A DNA stretch of 64,000 nt from Oculina patagonica (Eukaryota). The translations under genes were made by a program, and so were the position numbers. Shown one piece after another: positions 27,258 through 40,232 of the stretch. The notes below the pieces were generated by a model. That model ran no database searches, was not told the DNA's origin, and was given only the letters and a program-made list of their open reading frames with translations. The DNA lies in NCBI RefSeq assembly GCF_052425735.1, contig NC_135766.1, positions 20,894,001-20,958,000 on the forward strand, in the 5' to 3' direction. Within the stretch, counting starts at the first letter, position 1; each line of letters starts with the position of its first letter.

Positions 27258-27592
27258 CGTAGAATTCCGGTTATAAGCCCTGGGCTTATACAACTTCGTA
27301 AGGGTTTTTGGGTGGGCTTATAAGCGCAGGGGCTTATATTCGGGAGGGCTTATAAGCGGAAGGAAAAAAAACTTTTCGAAAAGAGCCTCGGGAGTGTTGA
27401 TCGAAATACGATTTAAAGTTAAAAACGCACAAAAAAGCAACATTTAGCCCTGTTCAGTACTGTCATCCGGTAGAGGGGGGCTTATATCCAGGGGGGGGGC
27501 TTATACCCAGATGTAATTTTTTGTTTCCAGGTTGATGGGCCTATAACCGAGGGGGCTTAGAAGCGGGGGGACTTATAACCGGAATTTTACGG
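27258..27592. mobile_element. Tc1/mariner-type MITE (CCGTA termini)
   Basis: CGTAGAATTCCGGTTATAAG...CTTATAACCGGAATTTTACGG|TA; a partial copy starts at ~37849. Confidence 0.7.
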
Positions 27593-28094
27593 TAGCTGTT
27601 TTGGAGGAAGTGGGATAATAGGAGGGAGGGGGAAGGTGAAGGTTGGGAGGGGGCTGGTGCAGTCTCAAGGGAGATGAACCGCTACAAATGAGCAGACGCG
27701 ATAAGATACAAGATATATAATTTTATCATTTTGAAGTCATCATTTTGTAAACTTTTCCTGTCGCCATTTTGGAAGGGGGGGGGGGGGGGGAGCCTGAGTT
27801 AAGAACGGTTTCAAGACATTGAAGTTTTCAATGAATTAAGTCGGAGGTAGGACATTTACATACATTTCCTAAATTAAATATGAATGATGTTGTCACGACG
27901 TGAAAAGCAATCAGCAATCAATGGAGTGGTGGTCAGCGGATATTAAAGGCGCATGAGACCGCATGTTGACCATAATACTGCTTTATAGCTATGTTCGTTC
28001 GGAATTCGTGGAGTAGCTTTACGTTTGTTTGCTTCCTTTAGAAGACCGAACACGAACCTGCCAAATTGACTGTTCTAATTCTACGCGAATTCTT

Positions 28095-28320
28095 GGCCCG
28101 CTTTTATTGTTACTCTGATATTAACGATTTACCGCAGACGTGCCTTAATTGTTCCCATCCTTGAATGTATGCTGACGATACCAGCATTACTTATGCAGAC
28201 AAGGATGTAAAGGAGATTATAAATGATTGTCTTAACAAAGATTTAAAACCTGTTAATACATGGTTGTTTTCTAATAAGCTTAGACTGAACCTGACTAAGA
28301 CCGAATTCTAAGTAATAACT
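28095..28320 (+). mobile_element. Decayed LINE (CR1/L2-like) reverse-transcriptase fragment
   Basis: Frameshifted GPLL...INDLP...YADDTSITYAD...WLFSNKLRLNLTKTEF motifs. Confidence 0.65.
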
Positions 28321-28924
28321 TCAACGTCAAGCTGTATTATACGCGCGGATGTCAGTTTTGCTCATTGCTCGTGTTATATGTTAAGTCATCGAATTTGGTG
28401 TATATATGACGCTTTTTGGATATTTTGTTAACGGGATTTGTATTTAAAGCTGTCTGTTTCTTAAGGAGGCTCATAACGGTTTCCAGCGCACTTTTCCAGC
28501 TCTTTATATCGGCTTTGATGGGTCAGTACTACAAATCTTTGACATCTTTATCAGTTGCTGCTTCAATCATAATATCAAACAAATGTGCAATCATTGCTGA
28601 ACAAGTTTTGGTCATTTTCATTTCATCACCGGTAACCATAGCAACAGTAGAAACTGTTTTCGAAAATTTAAGATTGCTCTGAACCCCATGTACAGATTTA
28701 AAAAAAAAAAACCTTTGCCTTGCATATTGTATCTTAACATGCTGATCATTATTCCATCATAAAAAATGGGGTCACGGAGCTCGTTTTTGAGTAATAAGCA
28801 CTTAAAGCGAAAATTAAGGGTGTTTTAACAGGTTGTGTCGTTGTTATGGTAACTTGTTATGTCAAGAAAATAATCATATCTTGTTCACCAGTGATTGGGT
28901 AACCGTTTAATACCAAAACTGTTG

Positions 28925-29876
28925 TATCAACTGAAAAAGAGTTGTAGTATTGACTTGTATAAGTTGAGGTGCTAAAATATGCAGGAAACTGTTTTCAGCC
29001 ACCAAGTGCGGGGAAAGTTAGTACGTGCAGACAACATTAAAAAAATACAAAGCATGAATTATTCCTTCACAAGAAACCACTAGTACTGGAACAGAAAACG
29101 AGGCATTTTAATGTAGGTAATGTACGCGTACTAAAATTAACGCGAATTTAGGAAAAAGTTCTGGTCAAATGCTTATAGTAAAAAAGTTAACATACATAAA
29201 ATTAACGCGAATTTTTGAAATTCGCGTAAATAACATTTATCGTAAATTTTCTATAATAAGGTAGTTACTTTCGAGTAAGACACTCCTTGTCGCCCCCATT
29301 TTTTTTTTTTTTTTTTTGCAGCGCCGTGTTAGGATCTAGATAAATTTCTTTTGCAGGGCTAAAAACGTCTCGGGCTTTCAGAAAAGAGCCTTGTCGTCTC
29401 CAATTGACGGGGCGTTGCGTGACGCTCCATTCATGCAAATAAAGCCGGGTTTACACGGGCAATTTGAGACTCGCACACCATTCGCCACCCCTGGACTCCC
29501 TGCTTTCCGCTAGTTCTCAACAAGGAGTGTCTTACTCGAAAGAAACTACCTTATTATAGAAAATTAACGATAAATGTTATTTACGCGAATTTCAAAAATT
29601 CGCGTTAATTTTATGTATGTTAACTTTTTTACTATAAGCATTTGACCAGAACTTTTCCTTGATTCGCGTTAACTTTAGTACGCGTACATTTTGTTCGCGT
29701 TCTAGTGGTTTCTAGTGAAAACGAATTGAATTAAAAGAATAATTCATGCTTTATTTTGGTTTTAATGTTGTCTGCATGTACTAACTTTCCCGCACTTGGT
29801 GGCTAAAAACAGTTTCCTGCATTTTTCTGCACCTCAACTTTGACAAGTCAATACTACAACTCTTTTTAAGTTGATA
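28925..29876. repeat. Inverted repeat: arms 28925-29290 and 29520-29876, ~230-bp spacer
   Basis: The arms are reverse complements with scattered mismatches and indels. Confidence 0.85.
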
Positions 29877-30321
29877 TTTTAGTGAAATTTACCAAAATTG
29901 TGCGAGACTTTTCGCCACCCCTCCTTCCCTAGTTGTCAGCAAGGACTTCAAAGAAACTAATCATTAATGCTGCGCTAGTAAAAACGAAACAACAATGACA
30001 ACAACTTTCGCTTTGAAATCGACATCACTGATCAATCAAATAAAAAGGCGGAATGCTTTGTAATTATTTGATACAGCCATGCACTTCCTTGCGCGCTTTT
30101 CTCGGTCGGGCACAAGACGTATCCGGGCCTGAACGCTTAAGTAGGTATGATAAGTGAGGTAGTCAACAGTTAATTTATCGAGAAATTCAGCCGTTTTGAA
30201 ACCGTTTTTCTCTGCCGGAAGCTTCCAAAAGTGAAGTCAAGGAAAGGCTAAAAACGATAACTACCAAATTATAAAATTACATAACTTTATCTCCTCGCAT
30301 GTTTATTTCTAGTGGCTCATA

Positions 30322-30500
30322 CACCACTTTCATAATGGCGGCCAATTTATTTATTCTTTTATATGTATGTTAATTAGCCCTACTGGCCTCGTCAGCATGT
30401 GAAAAATTCAATAGAATTTTTACTCTAAAACGAGGCCAGTAGGGCTAATTAACATACATATAAAAGAATAAATAAATTGGCCGCCATTATGAAAGTGGTG
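30322..30500. mobile_element. Palindromic Tc1/mariner-type MITE, TA TSD
   Basis: ~70-bp perfect TIRs CACCACTTTCATAATGGCGGCC...; absent from the homologous 3' flank of GST G. Confidence 0.8.
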
Positions 30501-30711
30501 TATCTCCTGCACGACCTCGACCAACCCCCACACCACCCCCCCCCCCCCCCTCACCCTGCGCCGACAAGACCTTAACACAAGAGTCAGTAAAATTTGTGTG
30601 TACAGACATCAAACAACTTTTTCTTTTATTTCTCTTCGACCTTGCAGTGGTCCAACAATCATCCTTGATAATCTCGACCCGGGAACGTGACGTTCATTGG
30701 TCAAGTGACAT

Positions 30712-32770
30712 TTAATGGTCGCTTTTGGGACGTTTCTCGACCCAGGCCTTGATTCCTGGGACCTCCAGAACACGCTTGTAATGCTCCACCAATAGCGGGA
30801 ATTTATGCAGTTGTTCAGGAACAGTTGGCTCGCCACGCGTGAAGATGTTCATGAGGTCGAAGAAATCGATGTCAGGGTAACTCAGCTGCAAGGGATAAAA
30901 TGATAAGAACTTGTAAAACCAAATTGAGTGCAAGGATGCTAGTACGGCAGAAGGGCAATTTTCATTGGCCAAATGCAGAGCTAGTCTTCTTCAGGGTCAG
31001 GACCCATTAAGATTACGTGGGATTTTATGGAACTGTTCTCTGTGCTAAGTCCCATATATGAGCTATATCTATACTAGGTATGTGCCGCTGTGAAGGGTAT
31101 GAGAAACTAATCAGTGGTACGAAGAATTAAGTCCAGAATAGTAATAGAACTTGACTCGGAAGAGAAAGAAGCTTCCCTAGACGTGAATAAAATCATTGTG
31201 ACAATGTTCAGTTGTTGACAGATGGATTTCCATTAAAAACACTTTTAGTGATGCAGTTCTAAAAAGAAGCAAGTCTGGGATAGGGTAGGGATTTTTGGTA
31301 TCTCGTCTAGTATAGGGTTGCAAAACCAGCTGAAGATGGTCTGGTATAGGGTAAGGGTTTCAGAGTCCCAGCGGCACACCCCCACCCAAAATATACAGAA
31401 ACTAAAATTCACGTTCAGTCCCGCCTAAAGTTGCTTTATACAACCGGGCCCAGTAATTTGAATTTTGAGTATACAGGGGCAGTTATCGTATAACTGATAA
31501 ATGTTAAACAATTCGAGGAAGATTTTCTACAAATGAACAAAATTGTTGAGTTTTATTTGTATTTTAAATTTCTCACCTTGTCACCTACAAAGAAGCCCTT
31601 GCCTTCATTTCTGTCTTTTAGAATGGTTTCAAATTTCTGGAGTCGTGTCGGAAGAGTGTTTTCTAACATGTCTTTCGTTAATTCTTCCTTTGAAAAATAA
31701 ATGAAAATAAGGAATGGAAGATGGGAGTACGGACAGCAAGGACAGACGGACAGACACAAGCACGCACGCACGCACGGAGGGAGAGACGGACGGACCAAAA
31801 AACAAATATCAAAAATATCAAATGAATCACACAAATAAAAAAAATAAATCCCACTCATCTAACTAACCAAAGTGAGATCTTATGTGTAAAAGTACCTTTT
31901 TAGCTTCATCTCTCTCAAAATGAATCTTCCCCAAACCGCTTTTAAGATCTGCAATCCCATCTGTAATCATGTCAGCTAATGCTTCGTCAAAACTATCTGT
32001 TGGGCTTAAACCTATGACAACAGAAACACGTCAGTTCAGTTACAGACAAACAAGTGAAATTTGGCCCATAATAATTAACAACAATAATAATGCGGTCTGC
32101 ATCTGCGGTCTGCAGTCTGCATTTTCACCATTCTCGTTCCCAGAGCCTTCCGTTTCTTTTGGTCACGTGGTCGGCGAAACGAAGGGCTCTGGTAACACTG
32201 ACTACCGGATGTCGTAAAATCCACGACATCCGGTAGCGCATGCCCACTGCATAAATGTTCGTCTGCGCCTGCTCAGTAAAAGAAAGGGGGAAGGCTGGGG
32301 CTGACTGAGACGAGAAGAAAGCGAATTTGAAAGAAGGTACGACATTTGAGTTTGGCGTTCGAAAGAGCTGTACAGCAATCCTTGCTACAATTGTCGGAGG
32401 ACATCAAGAAACAAGGAATGGAACAGGAACAGGAAGACGGCAGATAGAAAAGTTAGAATCCAGAGCAATTGGAGTCATAGTGTTTAAACACGGAGTCGAG
32501 GATATCATCAGCTGATAACATTCCGACGGTTGATGATACTGTGAAATTTATTTATGGCCATGCGGAGGTATTGTAGAAAAGTCAGATCTAAAAAAGCGGC
32601 TGAGCGATGAAGTATCATTCTATTGAGCGGCGGTAAGAAATATCACATTGAATTTCAAAGTCTTCAATGTATTCATGAACTCCATTTAGTGTGTATATCT
32701 TGTATAAGCTAAGTTGATAGTGAAAATGTTTGCAATATTTTTAATGCAATAAAAAGTACAACCGAGTTAT

Positions 32771-32825
<55 letters not shown>

Positions 32826-35800
32826 CTTTATTAACGTGAAATAATCTTAGCTTTACGGCTAGTTTACAGTTATTTCACGAAATTAAAAACTAAAATCTAA
32901 ATTAATTAAAATATATACAATATAAAAATGCTAGCTACTATAGATAATATAATTATATAATTATTACACCTTACAAAATATGTACTTGTCATTTGTTCAT
33001 AAACAAAGGTCTGCTTCGTGAATACGTTATTCCAACAAACTCCCAGTGTTATTCGGTCTTTTTCCGGTAACATTTTCAAACTTGCCCGCTACATCTTCAA
33101 TTGTTTCGATGACCGGAAGTATAACGAAAATTGCGTAGAAGCGTTTCAAATTTTTACCTAATTACGCATGCAGTTTTTATCAGCCAATCAAAAAAATCAT
33201 ATTTTTTACCGTTACCAGGGCCACTACGTCATGTCATTTTAAAAAATACGCGTGGCCCTGGGGAAGAGGATGCATTTTCACCCGACCGTTTTTAACTACT
33301 GCCAAGTGTCACCCTTGTTAAATAAGTCTAACTTTGTAGTATGTCACCTAGGAAACAAGTGGCCCCTGATCCTAACAAGACTAACAATAATAATGATGAT
33401 GATGATGATGATCAACTTGACCAAAATTAAAGTAAGCGACACTTAGCAGTAATTGTTTAGTTTATAATTTATGATGTTAAATTATCTATAATTGTGATTG
33501 AATTTTATGAAACTGATTTTAGGAATTCTAATGTTCATCGATTTTTTTAACAACAGCCAAGTATCACCCTCATTAAATAAAGCCTATCTTTTTAGTATGT
33601 CAACTAAGAAACTAGTGGCCCTCGATCCTAAAATAACATAAATATAATTTATATAAAAAAATGATATAACCTTTAATGTGTGGTTTCCAGAAAATATCTA
33701 TACTCCCCCCCCCCCACCCACAGAAGGGATTGGAAATTCCGGGAGGAGGGGGGGTCACAAAGACTCAAAACTTTAAAGCAATGTATGAAGCTAAATTGGA
33801 ATTTCCAGAGGGGTGGGGGGGGGGGTCATAGGGCAATATTTTTTCATGGGGGGGGGGGGGATATTTTCTGGAACCACACAATAACAATATAATTATCATT
33901 GAATAATAAGTTGCTAGTTAAAATTAATCTGCAGAAATACATTTAATTTAGACTAAAATGTTCCACTTCATCATAGCTCGTTAAAGTGGTACTATGATCA
34001 AAATTTTACCTTCCCTTTTCTCTTCGGTTTTTCAAAGTACTTACATTAAATAGTAACCTTGCCAAATTTTAAGTTCAAATTCGAATTGGAAGACCACTTA
34101 TTTCACGCGTACACTTCGGCTTTGGCTTGCCGCCATTACTAGATTCAAAAATGTCCGAGGACCAAATAGAGATCTGGAACTAGTTGGGGCGAGAGCATGC
34201 TGACGTCATATGCGCATCAACAAAATGGCTTCTTCGAAGGCTGGAGTGACCGATCTGGAAAAACATTGGTTTTCTTTTTAATCTGTAGTGATGTAGAAGC
34301 CGTATCTACTGCGCAAATGTTTTTTAAACATACTTCAAGGCATCTCCAGGTCACTTTTGCACAACATAGTGGCAGAAAACATTTCAAGAGGCGAAATTTC
34401 GTGACATCTTAACTCGCCCGAACCACGCAAGATGAATAATAGATCGTCTGATAACTTTGAGGGAAACTTGTACTCTTGGAAATGCTTTATAGATATTTTT
34501 CCCTGCAACCATTGTGAGGTTAACTTCTTCAACTATCCAAGGGAAGTGAATAGAATAGAACGCTTCGAATTATCTACAGTGAGTTTACTGTATTCGCTCC
34601 TTTTTAGAAGCAAAACATTGGGTGAGTGGCGTTTCTGTTGCTCAAGCTCTCGTGTTCTAGAATAGTCATTTTTAAATTTATTGTAAATACTTCATGTCAA
34701 AAAGGTAATTTTTGGGCAAATCGGCCTGTATGTTCCTGAATTATATCCTGTATTGTACAAATAAACTTAAATAAATTCGCACGAGGCGGTACATTATGTG
34801 AAAGTACATACAGAGGATGCAAAGCTTAGCAATATCTTTTTACTGATTATATGTACTGAAAATGTTTCCATTGTAGTCCTCTGTATACACTGTAGTCTTA
34901 ATAAACTCACCAGCACGTCTTCAGTGTTGGTCACTTGTTTATTTCTGTCATGCAATATAAAACACTACAGTAGGACTGTACTTCATTGTGCACTTATAGT
35001 ATTCATTAACATTTTTTGAGAAGTAATCTCAGGATAGAACAGTGTTAGCCTGTCTCAGAGACATACATGCTATCCGGATTTTACTCAGTATATCTTTATT
35101 ATATTTAAGTACAACAGGGGCCATGAGCTATAATTATGACCTGTGCCAATCACTCATGCTGTGTGCAACAGAGCACCGTTGAAATCCTAGCTACTCTTTA
35201 TTTTGAGTTTGCAATATATTTATTTTTGGCATGCTCTTTTTGTTCATAAGTTGAGAATGTAGTAGCCAACAATAAATCATGTGAATGTGCCAGAGAACCC
35301 CTGAGCTGCTGATCCATCATAATTTCTAACACAAGTACAGTCAAATCTGTACCATAAATAAAAATGTTGTATTGATTGAGGTGAGGTGGCCTAAGTGTAA
35401 GTTGTCGGACTCCGGATCAAGCGGTTCAGGTGTGGACTCTTACTGGTGTCATTGTGCTGTGTTCTTGGGCAAGACTACTCTCATGGTGCCTCCTCTTCAA
35501 GTGTAGAATGGGAACTGGCAAATTGATGGTGTGACGAGGGCATGCAAGTCTAGTTGCTTGGTGGGCAACTAGACTTGCATGCAGACCTTGCCTTTTTGTA
35601 ACAAGAGGGCAATTTTGAGGTCACACAGGACCCTTGCAACCATTATATATGTATTTATTTAAAGAGTATACACGAACTGCGAAGCCGACAACAAATACAG
35701 TCAAACCTGTACCATAAATAAAAATGTTGCATAGCAATGGGGTAGTTGTTTTGATTTAGAGGGGTGGTGAATGGTCCTTCAAAAACTGCGGGTCTCGCAA

Positions 35801-38800
35801 AATTTTAGCGAAATTTCAGGGGTCTCGCCGTCTCGAATTTTTCTTTGACGCCTTCTCGGAGTCTCGATTTCTTTTACAAGGCTAAAAAGGTCTCGGGCTT
35901 GCAGAAAAGATATCAGTCCCGCCGTCTCGCAAAGTCTCGCATTAACCATTCGACACCCCTATTTAGGTGCGGTGACCTAATGGTCAGTGCACAAGACTCT
36001 TAATCAAGCTGTTCAGGTGTGAGCCCAGACCAGTGTCATTACATGTATGTCCTACTTAAACCAAGATATGCTTTGGCCTGATGGGCAAGCAGGCTTGCAT
36101 GCAGACTTTGCCTTTTTGCATCAAGGGAGCAATTTATTTAGGGTGGTATACGGAGCTGGCTTGTTTACAGTCACGTTAAGTTGACACAAGATTAGTCCCA
36201 AAATTGAACTTTCAATTACATACACATACTGCAGATGCACAATGTACTGCCAGTGATATTCTCTAGAAAGAGCCACTGTCATATTGCATATGCATAAAAA
36301 AAATATTTGCATAAAAAAATATTTTCTTGAGTAGATGCCAGACCCCGACTCAACGCAGGCTTCATTTAAATGCCGGTTCAAAACTGGAAACGTTTGATCA
36401 AGGTCCCAGTGTTTGTTTGAGGTCCAGGTGTTCCTGTTTATGAACTTAAAACTTTATACCCTTAATATTATTTTACTTGTTCCCATGTTGTGCATATATT
36501 GTTTGAGTTATTTTTATCATCAAAAAATCACGGGGCCAAGAGGAAAACAAATGGGTGAAATGAATAAGAAAAACTACTCCTACCCAGTTTTGCTGCTACT
36601 TGTGGGACAGTTTCATAACATAATCAGTAAAATAGAGTGAAGGACTCTATACAGCATTCAAATGGTTTTCTTATTTTAAGAAACAGGAATACTGAATGCT
36701 GGCTGAAGCTGGATGTCTGAAGTGTTATTACCCATTAAAACACTTAGTTTTAAAAAGGTTTATTACCTGTATTGTTATGTAGTCAAGGAAGGTAAAACTG
36801 TATAAAACCCAAGGAACTAAATCCATTGATCACCTGCACCATCTTGTTGACTTTAATTTTTCTGTATAAATTTTACATTATTTCATGTTTATAAAGCTTT
36901 TTTCGGAATAAACAGCTGAGATAGATTTTATGCCCATGGCGTGTATGATAGATTACAAGAATGAAAACAACAGTAAAGATCATTTCAATCCTTCGCAAAC
37001 GGCAATAGCAACCTATATGTATATATATGCAGAGCTCTCTATTAATTCAAACATTGCAGACATTTTATCCTAACTATTCAATGTCGTTCTCATCATACCA
37101 TGTATTCAAACGAACGTAGTCCATGAATCGCCGTTCCTCTTCGTTCTTCGAGGCTTCTTCGATTGGACAAGAAGACGGCAGCTTCGTTGTAGGCATACAG
37201 CGCCAAAACCTCATCGATCGAATGAAGTATTTGCATACAAACATTGCCCTTTAGACCGACGTCAAACGGCTTTAAATTCTCATTATAAGAAACGATACCG
37301 CTAAATTGCAATGTCTCTTCGTTGCGGCTCTCTTGGGTTTCGCCACCGGGCAAACTAGACGAAGAATTTGTCGAAGAAATATCTTTTATAACCCTGTTAA
37401 TTCTCAGTATATTCTCTCTTGGAACACTCGAAGCTCGAAGCGACGATGCGCATATGACGTCACGGACCAACTCATGCGTAAATCCGCTTTTCAGTACAGT
37501 CGCTGGCTCACTTTAGACGTCCGAGTAATGGCGGACGGGTTTTCCACGATTTTCGGCAAGCTATTTCAAGGCTTATATTGCTCGCAACTTCCTAAATTCA
37601 AGCGCGCTAGTTAAATATAGACTTATTGAACAAATTGACTTTAGAAAAAGACGAAAAGAAAAACAAAAATTTTGGTCATAGTAGCACTTTAAAAATAGCT
37701 GTGAATGCATGGCCATGCACTGAGACAAGTCAACCAACTATGTGTATGGCTGTGTGGCAACTTTTGCACTAAAATCACACATCCATGCATTAAATGTCTG
37801 CAAGTTTAATTAATTGATGCCCTTTAAAAGGAGATCAAAAATTGTATACCGTAAAATTCCAGTAATAATTAGCCCTGGGCTTATACAACTTCATCAGGGG
37901 TTTTGGGTGGGCTTATAAATGGAGGGGCTAAAATATCCAGGTGCAGCTTAAAAAAGGAAAAAAAAATTACAAAGCGAGCCACGGGAGCGTTGATGGAAAT
38001 ATGTTTTTTTTTTAGTTCAGTAAAAGTCATAATAAAATCAAGCAGCAATTAGCCAGTGTTCAATAGTGTTCAATCTAGTCGGTCCCAAGGGAGTACACTT
38101 TAGAGAGAGTTCACTATATGGTGTACAGAGCAGACATGTAAAATCAGCGGGTCGGTAAGACGTTTTGTGCCTTTAAATATTTTTGCTTTTTTACAAATGG
38201 TCAATCACAATTATAATGCTAAACAAGGGACAATTTTTGTGTGTGTGTTTTTCTCAGAAGCAGCCAATCACTGCTGAGTAGCAGTGTCTCAGGTATTGCG
38301 GTTCCAGAACATATCCATACTCCCCCCACAGAAGGGATTGGAAATTCCGGGTACTGAGGAGGAGGGTCACAAAGACCCAAAACTTTTAAACAACGTATGA
38401 AGCTAAATTGGAATTTCCAGAAGGGTGGGGGTCATAGGGAAAATCCCTTCCGTGGGGGGTATGGATATTTTCTGGAACCACACATTTTGTATACCTTTTT
38501 TTCATTTTTGAACAGCATTTAAAGTATTTACAAGTAAAGTTACAAATATTATCACATCATATTGACACTTTTAGTTTAAAATTATATTGTCACAACTAAA
38601 AGTATAGATAAGGTGGGTTACAATGACATATTGAACATGTTTTGTTCAGAACTTGCTATTGGTTGGTGAAACAATTTAAAAGCAGAATTTTGTTTAACTG
38701 GTTAGCAAATTTAAATAACAAAAACAATGTTTGTAAGCATATATCTTCCAAAATCAATATTATATACCTGCTTGTTTGCATATATACTTCGTAATTGCAG

Positions 38801-39803
38801 AAGACTGTCCGAGGACTTTTCCTTCAGGAGTAACAATAAATGGCACTTGACCGAGTGGAGGCCTGCCAGCTAAAACAAATGACATTAATAGACTCAACAA
38901 AAGGAACGTTTAAGGCTAACAATATGATTAAGTTTTAAAAGCAACACATTTTCGATTTTTAGTCGTGATTTTGCCTAATACCGATAGCAAGTCATTCACA
39001 TATCTGCCAACTCTCCAGATTTTTCCAGGAGTCTCCCGGTCGGATTTTCAGAGAGTGTTTATACATTGTCTTACAGTGATATCCTTAAAATGCAAAGATT
39101 TCTGGACGTCTCCAGATATTTGTACTCTAGGGGTTGGCAGGTATGCATTCATTGGAAACATGTACAGTTGAGCCACCTGGGAGCATTTCTGATGAACACC
39201 TCACCCCCCCCCCCATACCCCCACCCCAACCCTGCTCAGTCACAAACGCTCGCTACCACCCAACTGCTGAACAGATTAGAAAATGCCGACAGACAGCTGA
39301 TTGATCGAGGTCACGAGCTTTCTTGCCTCTAGCTCTCAGAGGCGGCTGTATTCGCAGGCTAGGGCTTTCTAGATTATATCGCGTAGGTCTTCTTTTAACT
39401 ACTTTAACAGATCTCATGATAAAAGCAATTTTACTACACGAATCATCGGGATGCCAACAAAATCGACAAAATCAAATCCGAATATTTAATTTACGCGATG
39501 AGCACTGCTTCGAGTTTGGAAAATAACATGTATAATAAATCTACTGAGTGAAAAACAAAGGTAGCACATCAAAATCGTCGACTTTTTGCGAAAGAGGCTA
39601 AGAAACCGATTTTTATGAGATAGGTGCATGCCAGACTAAATCATCATTTTCTACTCACATGCCTTCTCCTTCTGCCACTCTTCACGATCCCCAGCGACCG
39701 AAAAACGAATATCTTCGAATTCTACATTCGCAGCAGCGAAGGCAAGTCGACAAACTTCGCCTGCACCACGAACATCGAAATAATAAAGTTGATAACCCGG
39801 CAT
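30712..39803 (-). CDS. Sigma-class GST F, 215 aa; exons 39803-39659, 38869-38768, 32011-31896, 31687-31577, 30885-30712
   Basis: MPGYQLYYFDVRGAGEVCRLAFAAAN...FSVAGDREEWQKEKA/SGRPPLGQVPF...QS...KAWVEKRPKSDH*. GT-AG introns, 648 nt in frame. Intron 2 is 6.76 kb and filled with TEs. Confidence 0.92.
32129..33272. mobile_element. Non-autonomous DNA transposon with 9-bp TSD (Mutator-like), containing (ATAG)n
   Basis: TIRs CATTCTCGTTCCCAGAGCC and GGCCCTGGGGAAGAGGATG; CATTTTCAC duplicated at 32120-32128 and 33273-33281. Confidence 0.75.
33985..37688. mobile_element. 3.7-kb non-autonomous Kolobok-like transposon with nested SINE/MITE fragments
   Basis: TTAA|AGTGGTACTATGATCAAAATTT...AAATTTTGGTCATAGTAGCACT|TTAA; inverted subterminal TGACGTCATATGCGCATC at ~34201 and ~37445. 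No intact transposase seen. Confidence 0.7.
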
Positions 39804-40232
39804 TTTCTCTGATTTAAGTCGCTATGAACGGAGGCAGAGAATCAGTGACCGCTTAGAACCGGATCAGAACGGTTACTGAACGTCACACAACGCACTCTTG
39901 TACTTTTGGGTACCACATAATTATGCTGACGCAATGTTTGCCACGTTGTAAATGACAAGTCATCTACACGAGCTATTTTCATATGTGACAACATTTTTTT
40001 GTCACACTCTGTTTGTCACATAACAGCTATTAAACTCACCAGCTTGGCAACAAATATATTTTTCACATAAAAATTGACCAATTTTTCTCATCTACACGAG
40101 CAAATAAAAGTTGTCTAATAAAAATTGCTCATATAAACCCGGCTTCACTGCAAATAACAGTCATAACAGCTACCCTTGCAAGGAGTGCGTTGTGTGACGT
40201 TCCAGTAACTCTTTCAATATTCTCGGAATATT

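Noticed and set aside
37093-37470. 125-aa ORF inside the Kolobok-like element as transposase or accessory protein
   Set aside because: No recognisable DDE or Cys/His motif and no ATG start; cannot be supported.
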